A DNA stretch of 64,000 bases from Nitrospirales bacterium (GCA_965223295.1 CBDCWC010000002.1:1152001-1216000); one strand, 5' to 3'; numbered from the stretch's first letter, positions 41,627-50,766 are shown. The notes: a model not told the origin generated them from the sequence alone. Numbers and translations: made by a program.

Positions 41627-41998
41627 TCATCCTGGCAAGACTTTTTTGATGGTGGCCAGCATTTGTTCTGGATTAAATGGTTTCACCACCCATCCCGTCG
41701 CTCCCGCGCTTTGTCCTTCTTTCTTTTTCGCATCTGATGACTCAGTTGTCAGCATGAGGATCGGCGTAAACTTATGCGCCGCCATGCCACGAACGGCTTT
41801 TATGAGGGATATGCCATCCATATTGGGCATATTCAGATCAGTAATTACGAGATTGGGCTTGGCTCCACCATTTAACTTGTCGACGGCTTCTTTTCCGTCG
41901 CCGGCCTCAACGACCTCATACCCAGCTCCGGTGAGTGTGAAATTCACCATTTGCCGCATGGAAACGGAATCATCAACTACTAGTACGGTCTTGCCCAT
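41627..41998 (-). CDS. cheY: CheY (system 3)
   Basis: VLVVDDSVSMRQMV, TDLNMPNMDG, MLTTES, GWVVKPF. Confidence 0.95.
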   Translation of the reverse strand: MGKTVLVVDDSVSMRQMVNFTLTGAGYEVVEAGDGKEAVDKLNGGAKPNLVITDLNMPNMDGISLIKAVRGMAAHKFTPILMLTTESSDAKKKEGQSAGATGWVVKPFNPEQMLATIKKVLPG

Positions 41999-42067
41999 GA
42001 TTATCCCTCTCTGTTGTCGGGTTACTTGGATATCGCCTTGCGCAATTCATCTTTGACATTTCGTTCC

Positions 42068-42176
42068 AGTAAGGAGTCGGGAAAAAGGGACTAGGAGAAA
42101 AACCCTTTGCAGGGTTTCCCTCTTCTCAGTTCCCATTCTTCACTCCTTACGGCTCACTCCTTACTTTTTCCTTCTC
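42068..42176. repeat. Heptamer inverted-repeat element (MCP-like|cheY)
   Basis: AGTAAGG AGTCGGG AAAAAGG GACTAGG, inner hairpin AAACCCT-TTGC-AGGGTTT, then TCTTCTC AGTTCCC ATTCTTC ACTCCTT ACGGCTC ACTCCTT ACTTTTT CCTTCTC. Confidence 0.88.
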
Positions 42177-42183
42177 ATCGCAA

Positions 42184-43326
42184 TCAGAACAAGGTCACAC
42201 TATCGCCTTCTTCGGTATCACCTGTCGTCCCCACCATGATCGCTTCTTCTCCAGCATGCGCCGCTTCAATTGTCAGCCGCTCGGATTCCATTGTATAGCT
42301 ATGCTCAAGGGAGCGAAGTTCTCCAAGCACTTCAGGCAGCGTATCTGTGGTCTCGGAGGCTTCTACCACTGCTTGCAGAGGGGCATAGATACGTTCCAAT
42401 GGCTGATAAACATGCTCCAGCTTTTGTCGCGTAATATCTTGGAACTGCATAGACATCACAATTTGCCCAATATGTTCCCCAAGTTCTTTTGCCCGTCCAG
42501 AGTTTTGCCCCACACTTTCTTTCAGCGCTTCATTTTTTGCTACCATGACTTCGGTCATTTCCATAATTTTCTCTTGTGCTTTCAAGGTTTCCGTCAGATC
42601 TATGCTGGCCAGCACCTCGAGCTCAGACATGGCTGACTCCGTTGTACCTTTCACCGCTGTCGCCAAAGCGCGAATCTGTTCGGCCGCTTGCCCCGACCGA
42701 TTGGCTAACTTGGTGACTTCATCTGCAACAACGGCAAATCCTCGGCCATGTTCTCCTGCCCTTGCCGCTTCAATTGCGGCGTTCAAAGCTAACAATCGTG
42801 TTTGATCGGCGATAAATTCTACCTCCTCAACGACAGTTGATATCCGAGACGTCGTATCAACAGCTTCTTCCATCACGCCTACAGTCGAGACTGTGACCGT
42901 GGAGGTCTGAGTCACCTGATTCACAAACATTTGCATGGTATCTTTCGTTCTATTCAGAATAGCTTCCACGCTCATCTCATCGTCAGACCCACTCCCCTCA
43001 CCCATGCTTAAAATAGTCTCCGTTTCAAACGCAGATTCTCTCGCTTGTTGAGAAATTTTTTGAAACCGCTGAATTAACCCTGCCGAAGCCTGTTCTGTTT
43101 CTTGTATGACCGCTTTAAGTTGACCCACAAAAACGGGAAGCATCGGCGCCAAGCATGCACAAAATTCTTTCCAGTTTTTCTGGAACACGATAGCCTCCTG
43201 TTCCAGTTCCTGTTGAACGGTTGCATCAGCCGCGCTGTCAGGTTGTCGTGCTCGTTGCCCCACGATAAATCCGGCTCCACTCCCTACTATGAAGAATATT
43301 GCCCCTAACAACCAATCAATCACCAC
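42184..43326 (-). CDS. Short MCP-like protein (N-terminal TM, signalling hairpin, QFQDxxRQ, tail SVTLF)
   Basis: [52 protein letters not shown]. Confidence 0.85.
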   Translation of the reverse strand: MVIDWLLGAIFFIVGSGAGFIVGQRARQPDSAADATVQQELEQEAIVFQKNWKEFCACLAPMLPVFVGQLKAVIQETEQASAGLIQRFQKISQQARESAFETETILSMGEGSGSDDEMSVEAILNRTKDTMQMFVNQVTQTSTVTVSTVGVMEEAVDTTSRISTVVEEVEFIADQTRLLALNAAIEAARAGEHGRGFAVVADEVTKLANRSGQAAEQIRALATAVKGTTESAMSELEVLASIDLTETLKAQEKIMEMTEVMVAKNEALKESVGQNSGRAKELGEHIGQIVMSMQFQDITRQKLEHVYQPLERIYAPLQAVVEASETTDTLPEVLGELRSLEHSYTMESERLTIEAAHAGEEAIMVGTTGDTEEGDSVTLF

Positions 43327-43399
43327 ACGTCACCTCTTCTTCATTAATGCCGCATTACTCTGAAATGAACCTCATTCTCCATTCCATTTGGAATGCGTC

Positions 43400-43690
43400 C
43401 TATATGTTTGGAAGGAACTGTGCAAAGCCAATCTGTTCAAAACGATCTCGTATCTGCGAAGAATATCCTTTCAACGTCAAACGGCCCGACCGAGTGGCGG
43501 CCACGATAAGCTGGACGCAAGAGGAATCCATTCGATCGACTTCAGAAAAATCTAATTCTATCGGCCCTTCTTGTTTGTGAAGAAGATCCAGATCTTCATG
43601 GAATTGTGCTGCTTCAAAAATTGTCAAATCGCCAACTGGTTTTAAGACCGCATTGAAAGAAACTGCTTCGACCTCACTTCCACCGTCCAT
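43400..43690 (-). CDS. STAS-domain protein heading the system 3 operon
   Basis: GDLTIFEAA, LDFSEVDRMDSSCVQLI. Confidence 0.85.
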   Translation of the reverse strand: MDGGSEVEAVSFNAVLKPVGDLTIFEAAQFHEDLDLLHKQEGPIELDFSEVDRMDSSCVQLIVAATRSGRLTLKGYSSQIRDRFEQIGFAQFLPNI

Positions 43691-43784
43691 ATATACTCCT
43701 CATCGCTTTTTGAATGTATATGTTTGTATCTCCACTTTCACAGATGCAGCCATTCAATGCTGACCTAGAATAGGCCACACATTC

Positions 43785-43813
43785 TTCTCGGGAGAGAAAT
43801 ATCTGAACTTTAG
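43785..43813 (-). promoter_or_regulatory. Sigma28-like promoter of the system 3 operon
   Basis: Minus strand CTAAA-N16(GTTC...)-CCCGAGAA. Confidence 0.65.
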
Positions 43814-44024
43814 ACATCTTTCAAAAATTGGGATATTCAGATTTCGAGGTAAACTCAGAGCAACAAGAGATGAGCTTCAAAAGCATCACGGCTACCTACA
43901 GTTGCTGTTTCAACCTCCTTCAAACACTTGAGATTGACACTGCCTCTCCGAGTAGGATAGGCCAAACTGAAAAAGAGAAGAGAAAAGATAGACTTACTGT
44001 TCAAGAAAGACCGGAGCCTACAGC

Positions 44025-44981
44025 TTACACAACCTGAGAAACTTCGGTTACCGCAGATTTGTTTAATTGATCTTTTTCGACCAAATTAACCATACAGATG
44101 ACTTTATTGCCTGAGCCTACGTACTCCAGAAAATCGAAACTTAGCGCTTTTGCTATAGCAATTCCACGCCCATGGCTTTCAAGCATGCGATCCGCTTTAA
44201 TTTCTTCGTACTCGCCCCAATTAAATCCTGCCCCCTGATCGGTGATGGTGACTTGAATCTTCCCTGGATACCGTTCAAACACCACTTCCACAAATTTTTC
44301 AGCATGTTCAGGCAGATCTTGCCGACGTAGAATTTCATCTTCCCAACTATCAGCTTCTTGCAATTGGGTTTTCTCTTCATAGGTAATTCCTAAATTGCCA
44401 TGTTCCAAGCTATTGACCAACAATTCATTAAACCCAAACGCCACTTTTTCAGGATTGGGGCAGGCCTGCGCTAACAAGACCGCCAGATCGTATGTTTCTT
44501 CTAACGTTCGCAAGCGAAATACCCCTTGATAGAAACAACCCATCGTCTTCGCCTGTACGCGAAGAGTCTGAGATAACTCCTTCCAGCGGCGAGCCTGCTC
44601 CACAGCGGCACCGATAATGCGTAAAAGGACGTCGGGTTCGTAGGGTTTGGTCAGATAGAAAAAGACTCCTGCTTCCACCCCTTCACAAATTTCAGCAGGA
44701 GCTGCGGCTGCCGTCTGCATAACGACCGGTATCCATTTATACGCTTCATCGTTCTGAAGATGAGTGACAACCTCCAGACCATTCATACCCGGCATCATTC
44801 GATCCAACACAATAACCTGAAACTCTTGAATACCCTTAGCGAGAAGCTCCAAGGCTTCTCCGCCATCATGTGCAACCGCCACTTCATAGGGTTCATCCTT
44901 GAGACATTCTACGAGGACATCAAGGCTCGCCACATCATCATCTACTAATAAGATCCGTGCAAGTTTTTCTTGATTCATCAT
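44025..44981 (-). CDS. REC fused to an RsbW/SpoIIAB-like HATPase (putative serine kinase/anti-sigma factor)
   Basis: VDDD, LDRMMPGMNG, LTKP; then ELLVNSLEHGNL, TDQGAGF, HGRGI..A; no HisKA. Confidence 0.8.
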   Translation of the reverse strand: MMNQEKLARILLVDDDVASLDVLVECLKDEPYEVAVAHDGGEALELLAKGIQEFQVIVLDRMMPGMNGLEVVTHLQNDEAYKWIPVVMQTAAAAPAEICEGVEAGVFFYLTKPYEPDVLLRIIGAAVEQARRWKELSQTLRVQAKTMGCFYQGVFRLRTLEETYDLAVLLAQACPNPEKVAFGFNELLVNSLEHGNLGITYEEKTQLQEADSWEDEILRRQDLPEHAEKFVEVVFERYPGKIQVTITDQGAGFNWGEYEEIKADRMLESHGRGIAIAKALSFDFLEYVGSGNKVICMVNLVEKDQLNKSAVTEVSQVV

Positions 44982-45009
44982 GCTTCTGGATATTCCTCGA
45001 ACATACTAT

Positions 45010-46227
45010 TTACAATTCCATTCCCACCAGAGCCACATCATCGACAAATGAGCCATCGACTTGCCACGAACGACTCTTATTCACAATACTTTTAAGTCCT
45101 AACCTCATGGTTCGCGAATAGACGCCTTCCAGCGCTTCTTGCAAACGGAGAGTCCCCCAAATTTCGCCTTCAGCATTCTCTACTTCATAGATTCCATCAC
45201 TAAATAAATAGAGCCGGTCACCTTTTGACACCGTGGTGGAACTGGTCTCATAGACTTCATCTGCAGAAAAGCCCACGGGCCACGTTCTACCTCCTAACAC
45301 TTCTGATGGAGCATCTTTTCGTAGTAAAATTGCACCCGGATGGCCGCCGCTGGCAAAACGCAGCACTCCAGTTGAAAGCTGTAAAACACCCATCCAGATC
45401 GTAAAGTATTCTCCTTGTTCAGTCATGGGATTCTCCGCGTTCAGACGCGTCACGATTTGGCCTGGATCATAGTCAGGGAAAGCTTTTGCAATATGATCAC
45501 CTTTAAACCACATGGACAAGGACACAGCCCGCAAGGCTGGACCTGTTCCATGTCCGGACATATCCAAAACCATAATGCCTAAATAGTCATCTCCCCACTT
45601 TGCGACTTGAAATAAATCTCCTCCCAACTGAGAAGAGGGCAAAAATTCCCATGCTAAGCGAATTCCAGGAGCCACCTCTCCAGGAACTGGAAGCAAGGAC
45701 CGCACAAAATCGGAAGCCAATTGAATTTCGGCATCCGTCTCAGCTTGTTTCTGGGAAATAATCCGATAGGATTCATTCAAATCCAAGAGTAGTTTTCGAG
45801 TTCGCAGACCCGAACCAATTCGCGCATGAAGCTCATGATCCGACGCAGATTTAGGGAGGAAATCATCTGCACCACGACTCAAGCCTTCCGCAATTTGCTC
45901 CGGTTGATCCAACGCCGTCATTAAGACAAAATGAATAGAACGAAGTTCATGATCTTTCTTTATGACTTCGCAAAGACCCGGGCCATCCAGGTTGGGCATC
46001 ATCCAATCCGAGAGAACCAGATCGACTGGTTCGCGACGGAGGATCTCAAGAGCTTGCTGCCCATCTTCCGCTTCCAATAAGCGATGATTCAGCTTCGATA
46101 GCCGGCGTTTCGCGACCATTCGTACTATTTTTTCATCATCAACGAGCAAGATCGTATAGGGAGAGAGAGACGAAGATTGTTCATCCTCCACTCCCTCGAT
46201 CACCGCAACATTGTCGGGATTGTCCAT
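45010..46227 (-). CDS. REC-PP2C (SpoIIE/RsbU-type) serine phosphatase
   Basis: SDWMMP; LGGD, DMSGHG, SGGHP, FSDG, DDVAL. Confidence 0.92.
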   Translation of the reverse strand: MDNPDNVAVIEGVEDEQSSSLSPYTILLVDDEKIVRMVAKRRLSKLNHRLLEAEDGQQALEILRREPVDLVLSDWMMPNLDGPGLCEVIKKDHELRSIHFVLMTALDQPEQIAEGLSRGADDFLPKSASDHELHARIGSGLRTRKLLLDLNESYRIISQKQAETDAEIQLASDFVRSLLPVPGEVAPGIRLAWEFLPSSQLGGDLFQVAKWGDDYLGIMVLDMSGHGTGPALRAVSLSMWFKGDHIAKAFPDYDPGQIVTRLNAENPMTEQGEYFTIWMGVLQLSTGVLRFASGGHPGAILLRKDAPSEVLGGRTWPVGFSADEVYETSSTTVSKGDRLYLFSDGIYEVENAEGEIWGTLRLQEALEGVYSRTMRLGLKSIVNKSRSWQVDGSFVDDVALVGMEL

Positions 46228-46278
46228 CGGGCAGACCTCTTTTCACTTATACACTAAACACTAAACCGTATTGATCAT

Positions 46279-46306
46279 TCATCGGTCACCTTTCCTGAGA
46301 ACTCAA
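46279..46306 (-). promoter_or_regulatory. Sigma28-like promoter for REC-PP2C / REC-kinase
   Basis: Minus strand TTGA-N16(GTTC...)-ACCGATGA. Confidence 0.5.
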
Positions 46307-46700
46307 ATGCAATTATCTTACATGTGTCACCATGACCAAGTTGTCGAAAGACAGCATAACCACTATGCAAGGACTTACTTTGGTCATTCTTCATATCCTT
46401 AAAGCCCCTCAGTCTTGTGAGATGACTCACCGTCATCACATATGATTTCCCAACGCAACACACGAACTTGGCAGCCAGTTGCATGCACAGTTCTTACAGC
46501 GCCAAAAATAGACCCAGCTAAAGACACGAATGGACTCCTCTTTCTTCGTCTCAGGAAGGATTTCTGTCCTCTCAAGCCTCTCTCATCAGCTTCCGAAGAG
46601 ATTCTATGAAAAGATAATATTGTGATTCGTCAAAAACACAATTATTAAACAAACGATCCTCCCACATGCTCTCTTCTTCTTTATCATAAAAGGACTGCTC

Positions 46701-47570
46701 ATGGCCTCTCTTCCCACTAATCATGAAAAAACAGTTGAAGTACTGTTGGTGATTTTGATGGAGAAGTTGGGTAAACGCGAATTTAATTTACCCCCGCTCC
46801 CCCAAATTGCCAATCAAGTGCTTGCGCTCACCACAGATCCAGAGGCGAATGCCTCCAAACTGACCGCGGTGATTGAACAAGACCCCATACTCACTGCCAA
46901 AGTCTTTCAAACTTCGAATTCGGTCGTACAAGGCTCCGCTCGCCAAATCGACTCGTTACACCAAGCCATTGCCTGGCTTGGGCTCAATACCGTTGCAGGC
47001 ACGGCGTTTACTCTGTCGGTACAGATTGGGGTGTTCGAGGTTCACGGCTATGTCCACGAGGTGAAGGACTTATGGCGACATATGTTAACAACAGCCTTTT
47101 ACGCCAAGACCATTGCTGCGCTTCTGGGATACAAGCCCGACACGGCATTTCTTAGCGGATTGCTCTTTGCCATAGGTAAGCTGCTGGTCGTTCATGTTGT
47201 GAATCAGTATCAAGAAAATCCAACGTCCTTACTCCCTTGGAGCGCCATTGTGACCCTGATGAGAGAATCCTATGTCGAGGTGGGCAGGCAACTCGCCGAA
47301 GCCTGGGGATTTCCCGATTCCGTCAAGGAAGCCATTATTCTTCATCAAGACCATGCGTATCCTTTGGCCATCTCACCCACCAAAAGTGCTCCTATAACCT
47401 GTCTCGCAAACCATTTTGCCTCATATGCTCTCGATCCGCAGTCTCTTTCCGAAGATGCGATTCGCACGCACTCAGTCGTTCAGGCGCTCAACATACCAGA
47501 TACTGTCATCGAGACATTACTAGACACAAAGTCAACGATTCAGGCCCAGGTGGATGGGATGCTCGTCTAA
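46701..47570 (+). CDS. HDOD-domain protein
   Basis: LPPLP, IEQDP.LTAK, AIAWLG, GLLFAIGK (HD replaced by FA), LAEAWGFP. Confidence 0.88.
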   Translation: MASLPTNHEKTVEVLLVILMEKLGKREFNLPPLPQIANQVLALTTDPEANASKLTAVIEQDPILTAKVFQTSNSVVQGSARQIDSLHQAIAWLGLNTVAGTAFTLSVQIGVFEVHGYVHEVKDLWRHMLTTAFYAKTIAALLGYKPDTAFLSGLLFAIGKLLVVHVVNQYQENPTSLLPWSAIVTLMRESYVEVGRQLAEAWGFPDSVKEAIILHQDHAYPLAISPTKSAPITCLANHFASYALDPQSLSEDAIRTHSVVQALNIPDTVIETLLDTKSTIQAQVDGMLV

Positions 47571-47719
47571 AAAAAGAGAGATGTTCGCTAGCCAGGGTAG
47601 TTCTAGAAAGTCATGAAGCGAAACACGTAAGAGGAGTTCAGAAGACCGAACAAAAGCTGAATCTTTCTTCAGCTCTTTGTTTGTTTCTTGACTCTCCTTA
47701 CTCTACTGTTCCCATTTTG

Positions 47720-48499
47720 TTATCGGGCTAGTCTATTATGCAGGAGAGCTTTGAGCCGGACCATCGATTGGGCATGCAGCTGGCAGATTCGTGATTCGGT
47801 CACATGTAAAATGACGCCAATTTCTTTCATCGTGAGTTCTTCAAAGTAATAGAGCGTCAAGACTAACCGCTGGCGTTCAGGTAATCGTTCAATGGCTTCT
47901 ACTAACGCGCGGCGAGCATCTTCCGACACCAGAGATTCCAGAGGATTAGGCTGATCCCGGTCAGCCAACGCATCTAAGATTGGATGAGAATCTTCATCAT
48001 TACTCCCTAAATCATCTAAACTCAACACGACAGCCCCTTTAGCCTGCAAAAGTGTCTCGTCCACTTCTTGCGCTTCCATGCCTAAGGATTCCGCGAGTTC
48101 AGCTTCCGTTGGTGGGCGACCTTTTCGTTTGGTCCATTCGTTGGCAGCATGTTGAATTTTCCCAATACGTTCGCGCAATGAGCGCGGCACCCAGTCCATG
48201 GCTCGGATTTCGTCCAACATGGCTCCACGAATGCGAAACTCGGCATAGGTGCGGAATTTAATTTCTCGGGAAGGATCAAATTTTGTAAGAGCATCTAACA
48301 GACCCACCATACCTGCACTCATGAGGTCTTCCACATTTAGCCCACTCGAGACTCGTATGGCCAACCGCATCGCCATGTATTTGATGACTGGCAAAAACTC
48401 TTGAATGAGTTTCTCACGTTCAGGTGTCGTCAGTGAAAGCTTTGTCGGAAGGGCCGTCTTAGGTTTTTCAGGCACTTCTGTTACCGCACCACGTTTCAT
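47720..48499 (-). CDS. fliA: Flagellar sigma factor FliA (sigma28)
   Basis: KFRTYAEFRIRGAMLDEIR.MDWVPRS; TESRICQLH. Confidence 0.96.
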   Translation of the reverse strand: MKRGAVTEVPEKPKTALPTKLSLTTPEREKLIQEFLPVIKYMAMRLAIRVSSGLNVEDLMSAGMVGLLDALTKFDPSREIKFRTYAEFRIRGAMLDEIRAMDWVPRSLRERIGKIQHAANEWTKRKGRPPTEAELAESLGMEAQEVDETLLQAKGAVVLSLDDLGSNDEDSHPILDALADRDQPNPLESLVSEDARRALVEAIERLPERQRLVLTLYYFEELTMKEIGVILHVTESRICQLHAQSMVRLKALLHNRLAR

Positions 48500-48502
48500 T
48501 CG

Positions 48503-49432
48503 TTATCCTTCCGTCACATGTTGAGTTGCGGCCAAGGCCGAAGGTCCAAACAATTGAAACCCACCTTGCCAAGAATGATGTGAACCCCAGGCACGAATCG
48601 TGGGAACCAAAGATTTTATGGCTCGGCTTGCCGGCGCACGTGGATAAAGATCACAAACGGCTCGCTGTTGAGCCACCGCCATCGTGACATAATCATCTGT
48701 GGGAATACACCCCATATAATCCAGTGAAATAGATAAAAATCGGTCTGTGACTAAACTAAATTTTCGAAACACATCTTTGCCTTCTTGAACATTTCTGACT
48801 TTGTTGACTAGTAGGCGAAACGTTCGCAAGTGATACCGATTTGAAAGAATTTTGACGAGTGCATAGGCATCAGTCAGCGAGGTAGGATCGGGAGTGACCA
48901 GAATGAGCGTTTCATGCGCCACCAAACTAAAATACAACACATTCGCTGAAATGCCTGCGGCACAATCAATAAGCAACAGATCAGGAGTACTGGGTAATTC
49001 CAGAAAAGCGGTTTGGAGCAACAGCTGTTGTTCATGGGTAAGTTGCGTAAAAGTCTGTTCACCGGAGGTGGCAGGAAGCAGTTGAATGCCTTCAGGACCT
49101 GAAACCAAGACATCTTCCAATCGTTGTTGTCGTGAAAGGACATCTTCAATGGTATATTGCGGAGTCATCCCCAGAAGAATATCCACATTGCCAAGCGCCA
49201 GGTCGGCATCCATCACTAATACTTTCCGTCCTTGACGTGCGGAGGCCACCGCTAAATTGGTCACGACATTAGATTTACCCACGCCACCTTTTCCAGAACT
49301 GACGGCAATCACCTGCACCTCTTTACTATTCGAAGACGGCAACTTCATCGCTGCGCGCAGTCCACTGGCCTGATCCGAAGGTCGAGATCTCTTGTTTCTG
49401 GAACTGATGACTGAAGGGGCAGACATCGGCAT
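48503..49432 (-). CDS. flhG: FlhG/FleN MinD-like ATPase
   Basis: DQASGLR, SGKGGVGKS, DADLALGN, TDAYALVK. Confidence 0.93.
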   Translation of the reverse strand: MPMSAPSVISSRNKRSRPSDQASGLRAAMKLPSSNSKEVQVIAVSSGKGGVGKSNVVTNLAVASARQGRKVLVMDADLALGNVDILLGMTPQYTIEDVLSRQQRLEDVLVSGPEGIQLLPATSGEQTFTQLTHEQQLLLQTAFLELPSTPDLLLIDCAAGISANVLYFSLVAHETLILVTPDPTSLTDAYALVKILSNRYHLRTFRLLVNKVRNVQEGKDVFRKFSLVTDRFLSISLDYMGCIPTDDYVTMAVAQQRAVCDLYPRAPASRAIKSLVPTIRAWGSHHSWQGGFQLFGPSALAATQHVTEG

Positions 49433-50766
49433 CAGGAAGCGACCTCGGTCAAAGGTTGTGGGTCAGCACTTACCGTTCGTTGAGCACTCCACACTAGTTC
49501 GACCAGCAACTGCCGCGTCGCGACGTCTAAATCCTCTGGCACCCGTTGCCCCGCTGACAAGTACGACACTGGAATCCCAGCTTGCGACAACACGGAATAC
49601 ATGCCCCCATACTTAGATGTCTCATCAAGTTTTGTCATGATAATGTTGTGAATGGGCAACCCTTGATAGCGTCGAATGGTATCCACTTGAACAGTCTCAG
49701 CCATGGGGGCAGCCAAGACCAAGTGCGTGTCAATATGAAAAGAATTGCGTGTCATGGCTATGAGTTCTTCATGCCCTGCATGGTCTTTCGGGCTCCGGCC
49801 TGCTGTATCAATGAGAATCAAGTCCGCATCCTGATGCCGGCCAACACATTCCAGAAAATCTTGGTGCGACACCGCAACCTCTAGTGGAATTTTAAGAATT
49901 TTTGCAAAGACCCGAAGTTGTTCAACTGCTGCCACTCTATAGGTATCAAGTGTAATCAATACCGTTTTTTGCTGTTCGTCCCGTTCTCTAGCCAACCCAG
50001 CTAATTTGGCAATCGTTGTGGTTTTTCCAACACCAGTGGGCCCCACCAACATCATCATTTTCTGTCCATACTGTCGAGAAGCAACCCCCGTAGAAACCAC
50101 CAACGCTTTTTCCATTCGTTCTTGCAACAGACTGTTCACCACCTCACGGTTGGCCATCCCTGCTGTTCCTAAGGTTTCCACCACTGAACGTAAAAGACCA
50201 TGTGCCAACTGAGGATCCACACCCTGACTCACTAGCTTCTGATAGTCCTCGAGTAAATCACCCGGCAATCCCTCGACTCGTTTCTGCATTTGGCTGCCTA
50301 ACACGTCACCTACAACAACTCTCAGGTCTTCGATCTCTTGCCGTAAAGGACCTAATGTCTGTTCAGGATCTTTCTGGGATTCCCTCATTCGTTGAATTTC
50401 TTCTTTCATATCCTGTAAATGTTGCGTGACAGGATCTAGCACTGTTGCCACCTGCAACTGTTCCGAAAATGTCGGTTCATTTTTCATCTTTGGCTGCTCA
50501 CCATTCGGTTTAGCTGGAAGCAAAGGCTTTTTCATGAGCGCCTTAAGGGAACGATCCAATGTCACGGCAGGTTGAGAACCTTCAGTCTGTGCAGACTGAT
50601 CCACTGCAGCCGTGACTTCAATCACGGATTGACTCAGAAGACCAAACAGGCCCCCAGCTTTTTGTATTCGGCGCGAGGACACAATGACGGCATCCGGTCC
50701 CAGTTCAGCTTTGACTGCCTGAAGGGCTTCCTGTAGTGAAAGAGCTTCAAACCGTTTTAATTTCAT
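49432..50766 (-). CDS. flhF: FlhF SRP-family GTPase
   Basis: GPTGVGKTTT, DTYRVAAVEQL, DTAGRS, TKLDE, GQRVPED. Confidence 0.95.
   Translation of the reverse strand: MKLKRFEALSLQEALQAVKAELGPDAVIVSSRRIQKAGGLFGLLSQSVIEVTAAVDQSAQTEGSQPAVTLDRSLKALMKKPLLPAKPNGEQPKMKNEPTFSEQLQVATVLDPVTQHLQDMKEEIQRMRESQKDPEQTLGPLRQEIEDLRVVVGDVLGSQMQKRVEGLPGDLLEDYQKLVSQGVDPQLAHGLLRSVVETLGTAGMANREVVNSLLQERMEKALVVSTGVASRQYGQKMMMLVGPTGVGKTTTIAKLAGLARERDEQQKTVLITLDTYRVAAVEQLRVFAKILKIPLEVAVSHQDFLECVGRHQDADLILIDTAGRSPKDHAGHEELIAMTRNSFHIDTHLVLAAPMAETVQVDTIRRYQGLPIHNIIMTKLDETSKYGGMYSVLSQAGIPVSYLSAGQRVPEDLDVATRQLLVELVWSAQRTVSADPQPLTEVAS

Noticed and set aside
41035-41629. 23S rRNA gene around the IVS-type protein
   Set aside because: The flanks are cheY and cheA; no rRNA or tRNA sequence was recognised anywhere in the window
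46469-46483. Sigma54-like site on the plus strand upstream of HDOD
   Set aside because: Spacing one base too short
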